The notes beneath the pieces were generated by a model. That model saw only the letters and a program-made list of their open reading frames with translations. It made no database searches and was not told the origin of the DNA. A DNA stretch of 64,000 nt, from positions 47,554,001 to 47,618,000 of the forward strand of contig OX597817.1 of assembly GCA_951406725.2 (NCBI GenBank), read 5' to 3'. The position numbers were made by a program, and so were the translations under genes. This stretch comes from Octopus vulgaris (taxonomy: Eukaryota). Of this stretch, positions 11,511-26,335 are shown in pieces. Each line of letters begins with the position of its first letter. Position 1 is the first letter of the stretch.

Positions 11511-13805
11511 CTAAAACAATGTTTAAAAATTTCAATTGATTATTGATACAGTTGAATAATATAATATTTAACTATGAAGGAGCGTCTAAGCAGTTGTTGG
11601 ACCTGCTACAAACAATAGGCAAATTTCCTTCAGATTACACCCTACTGCCTAAGATAAGGTAAGACATAATTCTTCTGCTATAATAATACTCTTGTGTTTT
11701 GCTCCATCACATCATATGACTGAGAAAGGAAGGGGGTGATAGATGAATAAGGAAGGAAGGGGTGATGGACAAACTGGTAGTGGGAGTGTTTCAACTCTGT
11801 GTGAGTATATGTGTCATCATCATCATCATCATCGTTTAATGTCCGTTTTCCATGCTAGCATGGGTTGGACGATTCAACCCAGGTCTGGGAAGCCAGGAGG
11901 CTGCACCAGGCTCCAGTCTGATCTGGCAGTGTTTCTACAGCTGGATGCCCTTCCTAACGCCAACCACTCCAAGAGAGTAGTGGGTGCTTTCTACGTGCCA
12001 CTCGCACAGGGGCCAGATGAAGTTGGCAAACGGCCACGATCAGTTGGTGCTTTTACGTGTCACCGACACGGACACCAGTCAAGGCGGCGCTGGCAACTGC
12101 CACATTCAGATGGTGCTTTTAACATGTCACCAGCACGGGTATCTTGACTACAATTTCCATGTGTGTATGTGTAAAAGGGAGGTATATGTGTGTTTGTGAA
12201 ATGGAAGTGAGATGGTGAACATACAACACTCAAAAGTAAAATCAAACAGCGTTTCAACACTGTGTGAGTATATGTCTGTATGTGTGTGCATGTACAAGGG
12301 AAGTGTGTGAATGTTTGTATGTGTGTGCATGTACAAGGGAAGTGTGTGAATGTTTATATGTGTGAACCAGTCTTCTTTCAGTAACAAACAATGATTGATG
12401 TCACATCTTAAAAGACAACCACTACATAACATTGACAAGTGTATTAATTTCATTTACCATCCCTATTTACTCTTACTCTTTTACTTGTTTCAGTCATGTG
12501 ACTGTGATCATGCTGGAGCACCGCCTTTTGGTCAAGCTAATTGACCCCAGGACTTATTCTTTGTAAGCCTAGTACTTATTCTATCAGTCTCTTTTGCCGA
12601 ACCACTAAGTTACGGGGACATAAACACACCAGCATCAGTTGTCAAGCGATGCTGGAGAGGGGGACAAACACACACACACACATATATATACATATATATA
12701 CAACAGGCTTCTTTCAGTTTCTACATACGACAGGCTTCTTTCAGTTTCCACCAACCAAATCCACTCACAAGGCTTTGGTCGGCCTGAGGCTATAGTAGAA
12801 GACACTTGCCCATGGTGCCACACAGTTTGTACTGAACCCAGAACCACATGGTTGGTAAGCAAGCTACTTACCACACAGCCACTCCTGCGCCTATCATATA
12901 TTTATATATATATTTATATATAAAATACTAGAATTAGTCATCATTTTTGACGGTAAGGGGATCAGCTAGTAAATAATATAATTCTCAATATCATTACTGT
13001 AACATAAACTTCTCTGTGGTTGTATATGTCGGATGGTGTTTATTGAGGCAGATTTTCTATGACCAGATGCCCTTCCTATTGCCAACCCTCTTGTTTCCAA
13101 GCAAGATAATGCTCCCTCATTTACAACTAGCATGTGATAACAAGATAAGACGACATAAACATAAACACACACATCATCCTCATTATCAGTTAATGTTCGT
13201 TTTCCATGCTGGCCTGGGTTGGACGGTTTAACCGAAAATGGTAAGCTAGGAAGCCACATCATCATCCGGTCTTTTATATCTGGATTCTGCACCCATTGAC
13301 AGGAGTGACCAGATCTACCTCAATGCCATAGCAACCGGGGTAGGTAGGTGCAGCGCACCCCAAGCTTTGGGCTGGCTGGTGCCCCTTCTTCCTTGCTATC
13401 ATGAGGCTTTTCTAGAGCTGGATTTTCTACAGAGAGCATACCCTTGCTTACCCCCAACCTCAGTTTCTAGACAGGAGTGGTTCCAAGACCAAGGCCTCAA
13501 GTATGATTTTTAAGAAATGTGATGGAAAACAAGCTCAGGAAGGCAGAGACCCTTTTCGGAGCCCCCCTCCCCCCGCCCAAGTTCGAAATCTTTTATCTTT
13601 TACTTGTTTCACTCACTGGACTACAGCCATGCCGGGGCACTGCCTTGACGAATTTTTAGTCAAATGAATCAACACCAGTATTTTATTAATTTTTTTTTTA
13701 AAAAGCTGGTACTTATTCTTTCAGTCTCTTATGCCAAACCACTAAGTTACGGGGGACATAAACATACCAACACCATTTGTCAAGCAGTGATGGGGGACAA
13801 ACTCA

Positions 13806-13855
<50 letters not shown>

Positions 13856-13984
13856 GGCTTCTTTCAGTTTCCATCTATCAAATTCACTTACAAGGCTTTG
13901 ATCAGCCTGAGGATAAGTTATAGGGGACATAAACATACCAAGGCCAATTGTCAAGCAGTGATGGGAGACAAACTCAGACACAAA

Positions 13985-14021
<37 letters not shown>

Positions 14022-14026
<5 letters not shown>

Positions 14027-14406
14027 AAGCTGAAGTTGTCTGTGTGTGGCAGGTTTGGTAGCCTTCAACTAACACTATCTCCTCCCGAGACCCTGCGGCG
14101 CAAGTTGACCAAAATTGAGAGTAGGATAGAAGAAGGCTTGCTCTTCCTTCTGTATAAGAAAAAAATCAAATCGGACCATGTTAACACCAAAAATTATTTA
14201 CATCTAAAAGGTGCTTTTTTTTCTATGAAAATCCCTATTATTTATGATTTTTTTATTGCTGTGTCGCCATTTTTCGGTGTATTTCAACCAGAAAAACGTT
14301 CACTTAAAGAGAATAACAAGCTACATAATGCAAAATTTTTACTTTTCAAAAACCCCAATTCTAAAGGGTCGAAACAAACCCGAGCAGCGTCAGGCAATAC
14401 TGCTAG
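14022..14406 (+). mobile_element. Non-autonomous Helitron (5' end eroded into microsatellite)
   Basis: The 3' end acccgagcagcgtcaggcaatactgCTAG|T is nearly identical to that of 59824-61076; the body differs. Confidence 0.72.
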
Positions 14407-16875
14407 TATATATATATATAAAATGAGCTTCTTTCAGTTTCCATCTACTAAGTCCACTTACAAGGCTTTGATCAGCCTGAGGCTATGGAAGACATCTGCT
14501 CAAGGGGTCACGGAATTATCTGGAAACTATGTGGCTGGGAAGCAAACTTCTTAACCATACAACCACACCTGCACTGACCACACCCACAAACAAAACCATA
14601 GCAAATATAACAGATATGACCATATTCTGAAACATAATTAACTGTCAGCAATTAACTGAACACTGATTAAATGTCAAAACAAATCTTCTTTCTGCTTTTC
14701 TCTATTACAATTACCCCCACATGACTGAACATACAAACACTGCACTATCATCACCAAAACCAACTTGAATCAATAAAGGAGTCTGAGGATGGGTAATTGA
14801 TTTGCTAAAAATAGCAGCCAAATCACTCTTGTTTCACACTCTACTCTCTTACCAAATGAAAATAAGATTGGCACGTTAGATAATGTAATTCTTGTCTGGA
14901 AAACATAAAAAAGTTGGGATGCCCTTTGCACAACACCTTGGACAAGTGTCTTTTACTGTAGCCCCAAGCTTACCAATGACTTGTGAGTAAATTTGGAAGA
15001 TGGAAACTGTGTGGAAACCTGTTGTGTATATAAACATATATATCTATATGTACTCTTTACTCTTTTACTTGTTTCAATCATTTGACTGTGGCCATGCTGG
15101 AGCACCACCTTTAGCCGAGCAAATCAACCCCAGGACTTATTCTTTCTAAGCCTAGTACTTATTCTATCAGTCTCTTTTGCTGAACCGCTAAGTTACGGGG
15201 ACTTAAACACACCAGCATCAGTTGTCAAGTGATGTTGGGGGGACAAACACAAACACACAATCATATACACACACATACATACATATATATATATACACAG
15301 ACACACTATCATATACACACACATACATATATATATATATATACACACATACATACATATATAAACTGAAAGAAGCCCGTCTTATATATATACATATATA
15401 AGACGGGCTTCTTTCAGTTTCCGTCTATCAAATCCACTCACAAGGCTTTGGTTGGCCTGACGCTATAGTAGAAGACACTTGCCCAAGGTGCCACGCAATT
15501 TGACTGAACCCAGAAACATGTGGCTGGTAAGCAAGCTACTTACCACACAGCCACTCCTGTGCCTTTTTCTGTTTGTCCCTATCGCCACTCAACAACCAGC
15601 GTTTGCTTACACCCCATAACTTAGCTGTTTTGCAAAAGAGATCAACAGAATAAGACAAGTACAGGGGCCTGATTTGTTTGACTAAAGTCCCCCAGCATGG
15701 CCACCATCCACTAAATGAAAAACATAATGCATAAAACAACATGGTCAAAGCAAGAACATCTTTGAGCAAGGGTCATCTGAACTGGAGGTGAGGTGAGACT
15801 AAACAAACAGCAGCTCTATACAAGTTCCCCACCTTCATACCACCTACTTCTATACTAAACATTTCATGCCCAAAAACACATCACCTTCTTCCCATGCCAT
15901 CAACTTTTCTTCTTACGATCAACTTTCGACACAAATTAAATGAACCTCAATCAATAAGCTAATTTCCTTAACATGTATGAACCTCTGAAATGACAATAAT
16001 AAAGCAATAAGTACTATATATACACACACACGCGGTAATCACAATCGGTTAAAATGGCTTATTGATGTGTTTTGTTTCTGATTTTTTTTTTGCCTGACAA
16101 AATGATTGCATTGTTTTACATCATTTTTATTCCCTCCGGAATAATCTCAATGCTTTCTTTGAAACATATGTGGAAAGTATAAATGATTTGAATAACACCT
16201 GCATTTGACTCCATTTCTTAATTTATCCATGTTATAGAAAATCATTTCACTTAAACCTGCAATTTCTACCTTTATAAGCAGGGTGTAATATCCTTGGCAC
16301 TAATGTGAATTTTTGCTACCCTGGTGACTATTTATTTTCTCCATGTTATTTGTACACATTGAAAAAATACACATACATATATATATATTTACATAATATT
16401 GAGGTCTCTTTCTTTCTTTTGTTGTCTTACCGTTTTTATCAATAATATATTTATTTAAGGATAAGATCATTATTTAAAATGCCGATCATATCATGTGAAT
16501 AAAAACCTCATAGGTAATAATTATTATTAAAATTATAATTAAGGGTATCTAAAAGATACCATCATGCTAGATATAGCAGTCAAAACTTGACTCTGAAACC
16601 ACATTAAATATTTGATGTGGTTTTAGAGTTAAGTTTTGACTGCTATTTCTACATAAAATTACATGTATATTTACAAAAATATAAATATACATACAAATAT
16701 ACACACATATGGATACGCATACAAAAATATGTACACAAATACATGCTCACATATATAAATTTTATACGCACACATACATGCACATTTATATATGTATGCA
16801 TATATATATATTAATTGTTATCGCCATATTAATTGGCATTCTTAATCTCTTTTATATAGTAATTTTAATATTTCT

Positions 16876-16917
<42 letters not shown>

Positions 16918-17462
16918 TATATTTAAATATATATACATATATATATTTAAATATATATACAGATACACACATACATATGTATGTAATAATGTTACATCAA
17001 ATTAATGTACAATTTCCTTATTTTACATTTTAATATTATACACACCAAACAGTTTTTTAAAATTGTTTGCATATATATGTTATGATGTAGATATGTCTCT
17101 ATATATTTATGTGTATGTATGTATCGTAGGTATGTATAGGTATATCTATGGCTGGATGCCCTCCTTAATGCCAACCAATTTACAGAGTATACTGGGTGAT
17201 TTTTATATAGCCCCTGCACAAGCATGTTGTATATGCATATACACACACATACACACTGTATGTATGTATGAGTGTGAGCATGTCTTTGTGTGTCTGTGTT
17301 TGTCCCCCAACATCGCTTGATAACCAATGCTTACGAACTACATGGTTCCAGGTTCAGTCTCACTACATGGCACCTTGGGCAAGTGTCTTCTACTATAGCC
17401 TCAGGCCAACCAAAGCCTTGTGAGTGGATTTGGTAGATGGAAACTGAAAGAAGCCCGTTGTA

Positions 17463-17511
<49 letters not shown>

Positions 17512-18719
17512 ATGTGTTTGTGTGTCTGTGTTTGTCCCCCCAACATCGCTTGACAACCGATGCTGGGTTGTTTACATACCCATAACTTAGCGGTTCGAAA
17601 GAATAAGTACTAGGCTTAGAAAGAATTAGTCCTGGGATCGATTTGCTCGACTAAAGGCAGTGCTCCAGCATGGCCACAGTCACATGACTGAAACAACTAA
17701 AAGAGTAAAGAGTATACATGTGTATCTGCATAATACGTTGGAAGTATCAGAAAGACACACACACACATAATTATATATATATATATATATTTATTTCTGC
17801 CACTTCTAAACTCTTCTTTATTTTCTATCATTAAAAATGAATTTTAAGAAATTCTCACTGACGTGATTTGCAAAGCAACTTGTTATTTAAGTTGCTTTCA
17901 AAATTTGATGAATGCAAAGACACTAGATTTTCTTTTCAATGTCGCTTCTTAAATCAACATCAACAATTTCTGTCTGCCAAAGAATCTTATCAAACGGACA
18001 AATTCCTTCATATGATAATAATCAAATAATGTACATTAAAAAATGCTAATTTATTAAACATTCTGTCAAAGATAACATAAAAATTTACAGGAAGTATGGA
18101 AAATAAAAGAAAAAAAAAACACATTTGCAACTGTGATATCAAGATGTTAACTTGCAACATTTGACTGCTAAATATGTTCTCTTTCATCAGAATATTCTGT
18201 ACGTTTTTGCATGATGTACAGAAAAATTATATATTATTTAAGAAATTATGCATGCAGAACACACGCATGTATGTATATGCAAGAAGAATAAATATGTATT
18301 ATGCCAGCGCCGCCTTGACTGGCTTCTGTGCCGGTGGCACGTAAAAAGCACCAACCGATTGTGGCCGCTGCCAGCCTCCCCTGGCAACTGTGCCAGTGGC
18401 ATGTAAAAAGCACCCACTACACTCATGGAGTGGTTGGCGTTAGGAAGGGCACCCAGCTGTAGAAACACTGCCAGATCAGACTGGAGCCTGGTGCAGCCTC
18501 CTGGCTTCCCAGACCCCGGTCGAACCGTTCCAACCCGTGCTAGCACGGAAAACGGACATTAAATGATGATGATGCATATGTTTGTGTGTGTGTGTGTGTG
18601 TGTGTACGTACATATATATATATTAATGTACAATTTCCTTATTTTACATTTTAATATTATACACACCGAACAGGTTTTAAAAATCGTTTGCATATATATG
18701 TTACAATGTAGACACGAAA

Positions 18720-19055
18720 GACACCTGTTGCTATGTCCTGTTATTATTTTTATTGTATTTGTATTTGTGTAACATTGTCTGTTTTTTTCCGTCCTTGTTT
18801 TTGTATACATTCGCTGCTTTCTTCCAAGGAATCTAATGCTCGTAGCTTAGTTTTTCCTCAGGGCTGGCCAGATTGGAGCAATCTCAAGTATAATTAGCTG
18901 AAATTGTGAGGATAATCTGGTGCTTGACTGAGGAAAGAAAACTTCGAATGACCCGTCCTTGTTTTCTTTGTATCGTCTATCTGGATGTTTCATTGTCCTA
19001 TTTTTGTATCACCTAACTCTCCAGATGTTTTGCGTTCTTGTCCCGTTTTGTATTA
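18720..19055. repeat. Unclassified interspersed repeat; inverted copy at ~41722-41975
   Basis: tcttccaaggaatct..., ...actgaggaaagaaa..., and gttttgcgttcttgtccc match the reverse complement at 41730-41975. Confidence 0.75.
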
Positions 19056-20050
19056 TATATATAGGCGTAGGAGTGACTGTGTGGTAAGTAGCTTGCTTAC
19101 CAACCACATGGTTCCGGGTTCAGTTCTACTGTGTGGCACCTTGGGCAAGTGTCTTCTACTATAGCCTCGGGCCGACCAAAGCCTTATGAGTAAAAGAGTA
19201 CACATATATATATATATATTGTTGTTATTATGTTAAACTGTCATATGTACAAATTTGGCCAAATGCATTTATTTTTTTCTTTTCTCAATATTTAGTTTTG
19301 CTTGCAACAGCCAGTTCTTTTAGTCAAACTATCGTATCTCTAGCTGCTTCAGATACCAAAATATGAAAATTGCCAAAGTGCAGTACAATGGTTTAATATT
19401 TTACATCATCATCATCATCGTTTAACGTCCACTTTCCATGCTAGCATGGGTTAAGTCCTACATATGACAGTTTTGCAAAAATATTTCTGAGCAAAAATAT
19501 TATACATGCATGGAGTTACAATTTTATGCACCCAGCAAAGTATAATTGTTAAGCTGAAACTGTTGCTAATGTAAAAAGAAATGGAATGGTGAAACTATTT
19601 TTATGTTTTCTGAAAAAACGTTTTGGACTTATGACACTTTTACATCATAGCAACAATATATATATCATCATCATCATCATCGTTTAACGTCCATTCTCCA
19701 TGCTAGCATGGGTTGGATGGTTCGACCAGGGATCTGGGAAGCCAGGAGGCTGCACCAGGCTCCGGTCTTATCTGGCAATGTTTCTACAGCTGGATGCCCT
19801 TCCTAACGCCAACCACTCCGTGAGTGTAGTGGGTGCTGTTTACGTGCCACCTGCACTCCGGTCTTATCTGGCAATGTTTCTACAGCTGGATGCCCTTCCT
19901 AACGCCAACCACTCCGTGAGTGTAGTGGGTGCTGTTTATATAATGAAGTAAAGGTAATAAAACTTCATTAAGGGATCATAAATCCAATGAAAATACTGGT
20001 TAGTTACCAATCTATATGACTGAAATAGAGAATGTTGTGATATTTAATAA

Positions 20051-20700
20051 TTAACCCCTTAATGGATTATCCCGAGTTTACACCTGCATCACAAATGTAT
20101 CTCTTTAGAACCAGACAAGTATACTTGGTCAAAATTAACTTTTAATTTTAGCACTCAAATGAGTTTATTTGTTTTGTGTCGTTTCATTTTTGAGCAATCA
20201 CGAAATTACTCGTGGAAAAACTTTGTGGGAAAAAATATTATAAATAAGTATTTTTTTATTTGATGGATTTGGTTATCTGGAATGCTTATACTTTGTATAT
20301 AGCATCTTTGGAAACTTCAACTTCTGCTATGAAACCGCTGAAATTTAGAATGCAAATAATCACCAAGATTATTGAAAAATATAGGCCCTTATTGCCTCCC
20401 ATGAAACCAGGAAGACCACCATCGATCCCACATCCAACAAATTTGCCCCAGCTGGTCACTTTCCCATGGAAATACCACCAAGTGATAAGAAAAAGAACCC
20501 TACAAGACAGTGAACAAAATGCTAAAGGAAAGAAGATCCAAAGAGAAAGCAGATACATGTATGATGTCTGCAAAATAATTTTGTGTGTAGCTCCTTGTTT
20601 TAAAAATTATCATTCTAAATAAACTGTCTATCTCATTTTTTAAAAATTTTCCTTTGACTTAAAAGCAATACATTTGTTGAGGACGATTGAAAACTGAAAA
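20051..20700 (+). mobile_element. Internally deleted piggyBac relic (TTAA-CCC terminus + transposase C-terminus)
   Basis: TTAA|CCCCTT at 20051. ORF 20260-20622 reads MDLVIWNAY..LY...FRMQI...RESRYMYDVCKIILCVAPCFKNYH, a degenerate piggyBac Cys-rich C-terminal domain. Confidence 0.78.
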
Positions 20701-21580
20701 GGTTCTTTAGTTCAACCCATTCTTTTACTCTTGACTCTCTTTTACTCTTTTACTTGTTTCAGTCATGTGACTGTGACCATGCTGGAGCACCACCTTTAGT
20801 CGAACAAATCAACCCCAGGACTTATTCTTTATCAGCCTAGTACTTATTCTATTGGTCTCTTTTGCCAAACTGCTAAGTTACAGGGACGTAAACACAGCAG
20901 CATCGGTTGTCAAGCGATGTTGGTGGCACAAACACAGACACACAAAAATACACACACACATACATATATATAAATATATACATAAATATATACAATGGGC
21001 TTCTTTCAGTTTCCGTCTACCAAATCTACTCACAAGGCTTTGGTCAGCCCGAGGCTATAGTAGAAGATACTTGCCCAAGGTGCCATGCAGTGGGACTAAA
21101 CCTGGAACCACGTGGTTCGTAAGCAAGCTACTTACCACACAGCCACTCCTACGCCTAGTAATAGAATTAGAAATAAAGAAGTGTGGTATACTTATAATGA
21201 AAAGAAGGAAGATAGTGTTTCTTGGTGGTAAAGTAATGAAAAACATTGAAAAGATTGGATACGAGAGTTTGGGAGAATATTGGAACCTTGCCAAAGAGCG
21301 AAATGATTGAAATAGAGAAATTATTTGGAAAAGAATACTAAGCCAGAAAGGAAGATGATGTGAAGGACATCGAATTACATGTACTAATCATCATCATCAT
21401 TTTACATCCACTTTTCCATGCTGTCATGGGTTAGATGTGTCTCAGTGTCCTGCTACCCTTCACAGCTCACAACATCTGGTGGACATAGTAACTGAATAAA
21501 CCAGCAGATTTTTGTTATCGCATATGTACTATAATGTGGACTGGGTACATTTTACTGTGCCACTAGTAGTCCCAATTCTA

Positions 21581-21873
21581 CAGGGTGTCCACAAAGTATG
21601 GGTAAATGGAGTAAATAAAATCATGAAATAAACAAATATAAGAAATAATAATTTCTTAACGTATGTGTTAATCCCCATGTGGTTACATGGAGTAAATAAA
21701 ATCATAACAATTAAACATAAGAAATAATAATTTCTTAAACTATGTGTTAATTCCCATGTACATGGGAGTACATGGAGTAAATAAAATCATGACATAAAGA
21801 ATTAAACATAGGAAATAATAATTTCTTAAAGTATGTGTTAATCCCCATGTACCCAGTCTTTGTGGACACCCTG
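21581..21873. mobile_element. Tc1/mariner-type MITE with internal ~80-bp triplication
   Basis: TA|CAGGGTGTCCACAAAG ... CTTTGTGGACACCCTG|TA; the unit atggagtaaataaaatcat...ccatgt occurs three times. Confidence 0.88.
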
Positions 21874-24393
21874 TATATCAGATTTTGTTCAGAGCCATTG
21901 ATCACCTAAGTAGGTAGACACCAAATACTGACAGTGGATTTTAAATCATGTCTCATGAGTTGGAAACCCAATATATTATTACCCAGCCTATTTTGCTTCT
22001 ATATTTAAATAAGCAGTTCAGAGTTAAACTTGCTTTAGAACTGTGTCCTAATTAAGCACACTTGATAATGAAAGGTGTCAACATAAAGTTTTAAGTAAAT
22101 AATACAGAAGACAAGGGAACTACCGTTAAGTATTTTCACAAAGTCCAACTAATTGCATTTCAGAAAGTGATATTATTGTGCAGCTAAGCACAATTAATTC
22201 ATTTGGCTCACTCTGAGCAGAAACAATTAGATGCTATTGAATAACTTGGCAAATAACGAGATTGCTATACGGCGGTGGCACTGGTAGAGAAGATGCTGAT
22301 GACGATGATGATGATGACAACAATAAGTGATGGTGAGGATCATGACATTGATTGTAATGACAATAATAACAATGTTTATAATTAAGGTGATGATGCTGAT
22401 GTTGGCAAGAATGATGAAGAAAGGAGGTAAGTAAAAGATGGTGAAGATTATATGGATGATAATGATGACAAAATTTAGGTATGAGCACCTTGCCAAAGGT
22501 CAGGCTGACCAACACCTGATCGCAAATGATAACTCAAATGAGCATTTTAACGAGTTTACTACAAAGTGTTAAATTGCAGCATATGATGACTGACCAATGG
22601 ACAAGGGCTCTTCAGTTAAAACAATGTGAGATGTCAATACAAAATCTTTATTCCTTTTATATAGCATCAAAGGCGGCAAGCTGGCAGAAGGAGCCGCTGA
22701 ACCGGGTCCTGTGCAGGTGACACGTAAAAAACACCATTTGAGCGTGGTCTTTGTCAGTACTGCCTAACTGGCCCTCGTGCCGGTGGCACATAAAAGCACC
22801 TGCTACACTCTTGGAGTAGTTGGCGTTAGGAAGGGCATCTAGCTGTAGAAACTCTGCCAGATCAGATTGGAGCCTGGTGCAGCCATCTTGTTCGCCAGTC
22901 CTCAATCAAATCGTCCAACCCATGCTAGCATGAAAAGCAGACAATGATGATGATGTTAGCACGCCAGACAAAATGCTTAGTGGTATTTTGTCTGCCGTTA
23001 CATTCTGAGTTCACACTCCGCCGAGGTCAACTTATCCTTTCAGGGTCGATTAAATAAGTACCAGTTACACAATAGGGTTGATGTAATCGACTTAATCCCT
23101 TGTCTGTCCTTGTTTGTCCCCTCTATGTTTGGCCCCCTGTGGGAAATTTAGAAATAGATATAGCATCAACAAAATAGGGAGTGATCTGAAAGAGATTTAA
23201 CTGCTACATTTTGCATGACGAACAACTATAAAAGAGTTTTACAGAGCCAACGAAGTAATCCCTGTGAGGTTGTATATCTTCTTTTATCTCATCCAAGCAT
23301 TTTAAAAATAAACGGATTTTAAAAATAGACTAATTAGACTATTTTAGAAATAGACTATTGTATCTAGGGAGAGACTCTTCCAAGAGACAACAAAGATACC
23401 AGAACAAAGTAGGACACTAATGTAGTTGAAGAAATAAATGAGAAAATATTGAAATGTTACAGTTAGAAAGTTGGTCAGATCACTCAGGGCTGAAGTGGGA
23501 CTAATCAATATAAATATTAACAAATGACAAATTTAAGCCAACAGGAGAGCCTCTGGTTGTCATCAGACATGCAAGAAATAGCAACCTTAGTCACAATTTA
23601 TGTTTCTATCACTAGCTTAATGATAACTAAGTTATTTTACTAAATTCTTTGTTATATTTAAAATTAATTGAAAGAAACAAAGAGCATCTCAAAATAAATA
23701 CAGTAACGAAAGGGTTAACAAGCAATAGTAATTCTTTTCTGCGTCCATTTTTCTTGATGCTAAGCATTAATGGGTTAATGTAGTTCTAAGGGAGATTCAG
23801 TGTAACATAGAATGTGAAAAGGCTGGCCCTTTGAATTACAGGTACCACTCATGTTGGTCAACTGAGTGGACTGGAGCAATGTGAGATAAAGTGTGTTGCT
23901 GAAGGATGCAATGCCCTGCTGGAAATTGAACTCACAACCTCACAGTCGTGAGCTGAATACCCTAACCACTAAGCTGAGTACATTTACCCTAAGTGTTAAT
24001 TATAGAACAGTTGGAGGATGAGAAAAACGGATAAAAGGCATTTTGGAAGACGGTAAAAAAAAGGGTGGAAGGAAGAGTTAATACAATTTAGGTATAAAAA
24101 AAAGGTTAAACAATAAAATGACAATTATATGAAGAAGATCAGTTTAAAAAGTAATAAAATTTCAATTCAAGATAATTATTGGGAGTCGAGATAATTGTTA
24201 CAAATTACAGAACGTACAACTCATAGAGAATGGAGAAATTAGCTTTCAAAATGACAATGAAATCAGGAGTTAATAAAAGGTCAATGAAACAGAACATGCT
24301 TGTGTAAATATATTCCTTCTACAAATTATTACTAAAATACAACAAAGTCAAAAAGACTATGTGACTATACTTCAAGTTAGAACAGAAAGAATA

Positions 24394-24430
<37 letters not shown>

Positions 24431-26335
24431 GTATGTATGTATATATATGGCCACGGATTGGATCCCATGCCGGTGACATGTGGAAAGCACCATTCGAGCA
24501 TGATTGTTACCAGTGTCACCTTACTGGCACATGTGCCAGTGGCACGTGAAAAACAACACTCGAGCGTATTCATTGCCAGTGCTGCTGGACTGGCTCCTGT
24601 GCAGGTAGTACATAAAAACACCTTTTGAGTGTGATCGTTGCCAGAACTGCCTGACTGGCCCTTGTGCCGGTGGCACGTAAAAAGCACCCACTACACTCTC
24701 AGATAAAAGTAGAACTATGTGGTTGATAAGCAAGCTTCTTACCACACAGCCACTCCTGCACCTATGTTAATTTTTTTCAAAAATCTTTTGAAGATATGAA
24801 AATGAATACCAGAATAATATTAATGTTAATGATGACTCAACTAACACATCAGAGAAAAGTAAAAGTACATGCAAAATATATAAAACAGTTGCAAAAAGCT
24901 AATGGAAATATCTTGTGTAAGTTATAAATGAAGAAATCATTATTTGGCACGTAAAAAGCACCATTTGAGCGAGATTGTTGCCAGTGTCACCTGACTGGCT
25001 CCTGTGCCAGTGACACATAAAAAGAACCATTCGAGCATGGTCGACCCCAGTGCTGGCTGACTGGTCTCATGCTAGTGGCACCTAAAAAGTACCATTCGAG
25101 CGTGGTCAACACCAGTGCTGCCTGACTGGCCCTCATGTTGGTGGCACGTAAAAAGCACCCACTACACTCTCAGAGTGATTGGTGTTAGGAAGGGCATCCA
25201 GCTGTAGGAACTTTGCCAGATTGGATTGGAGCCTGGTGCAACCTTCTGGCTTGCCAGCCCTCAGTCAAATTGTCCAACCCATACCAGCATGGAAAGCAGA
25301 TGTTAAACAATGATGATGATGATGATGAATTAGGCTAAGACAGAGAAGCTAAATGGCTGAGAGTATTAGTTAGTCCTGTTATAACTTCCCTGGTGTTGGT
25401 GGCTTGATGAAATGCACCTAATACAGGGTATGAGGTTGTTGATAGCAGGAAAGCCATTCAGCTGTGGAAACCATGCGAAAATAAAACATAAGAGTGATAT
25501 GCGGTGCCCTGGAACATCTAAGGAGAGCAGCATCTTCAAATAACAACTGACTTGAACTGTGAGAACCCATCCAATTCATGGCAGCGTGGAAAGATAGGTG
25601 GTGGTGGTGGTGGTGACAGCAGTGAGTATAGTGATGATGGTGGTGATGGTAGAGACAATGATGATGATAATGGTGGTTGTTTTGGTGGTAGTAGTAAGAA
25701 TAGTGATGAATGATGACAAAAATGGTGGTACTGGTGGTGGTGGTAACCAAACTAGATGTAAACAGTACATTTTTCAACAATGCAACTAACCCCTATCCCT
25801 TGCATCATAATCATCAACATCATCATCATCATCATCCTATCAAAAGAAATCCTTGTTATTGATATTGTCATAAAACAAGGTAGTGTAACAAGTACTAGAA
25901 CCCAGAACTTCCATGTCACTTCAACACCTTACACTGTTTTACACAGTGTGAGAGAAAGAGAGAGAGAGAGAGAGTGAGAGAGACAATGTTCTGTTATAAA
26001 ACATCAAAGCCTACTTTTGAAAAGTATTGTTACTCAAAAAAAAAAATTGATATTTTTTTTACATTTTTTTTTTTTCACTTCAGTATGTTTTAGGAACAGC
26101 CTCAACATTTAAACAATTTTGTTTACAAATACCATAGCTGTAAGAAGTTCCAACACCAACTTCAAGGCATTGCTTTGTTCTCGTCAAAGAAACTCTTACT
26201 TAGACTTATCTTATGTCTGTCAATGTGACAATAGCCATGGTTCTCAAATACTTTATCAGTGTCATTATCACCTATACTGGTGCCACCACTGCTGCTTTCA
26301 TTATTATTATTATTATTATTATTATCATTATTATT

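Noticed and set aside
13664-14554. Longest ORF in the track (296 aa)
   Set aside because: It runs through SINE B, (TA)n/(CA)n tracts and a Helitron, shows no domain-like sequence, and is best explained as a chance open frame.
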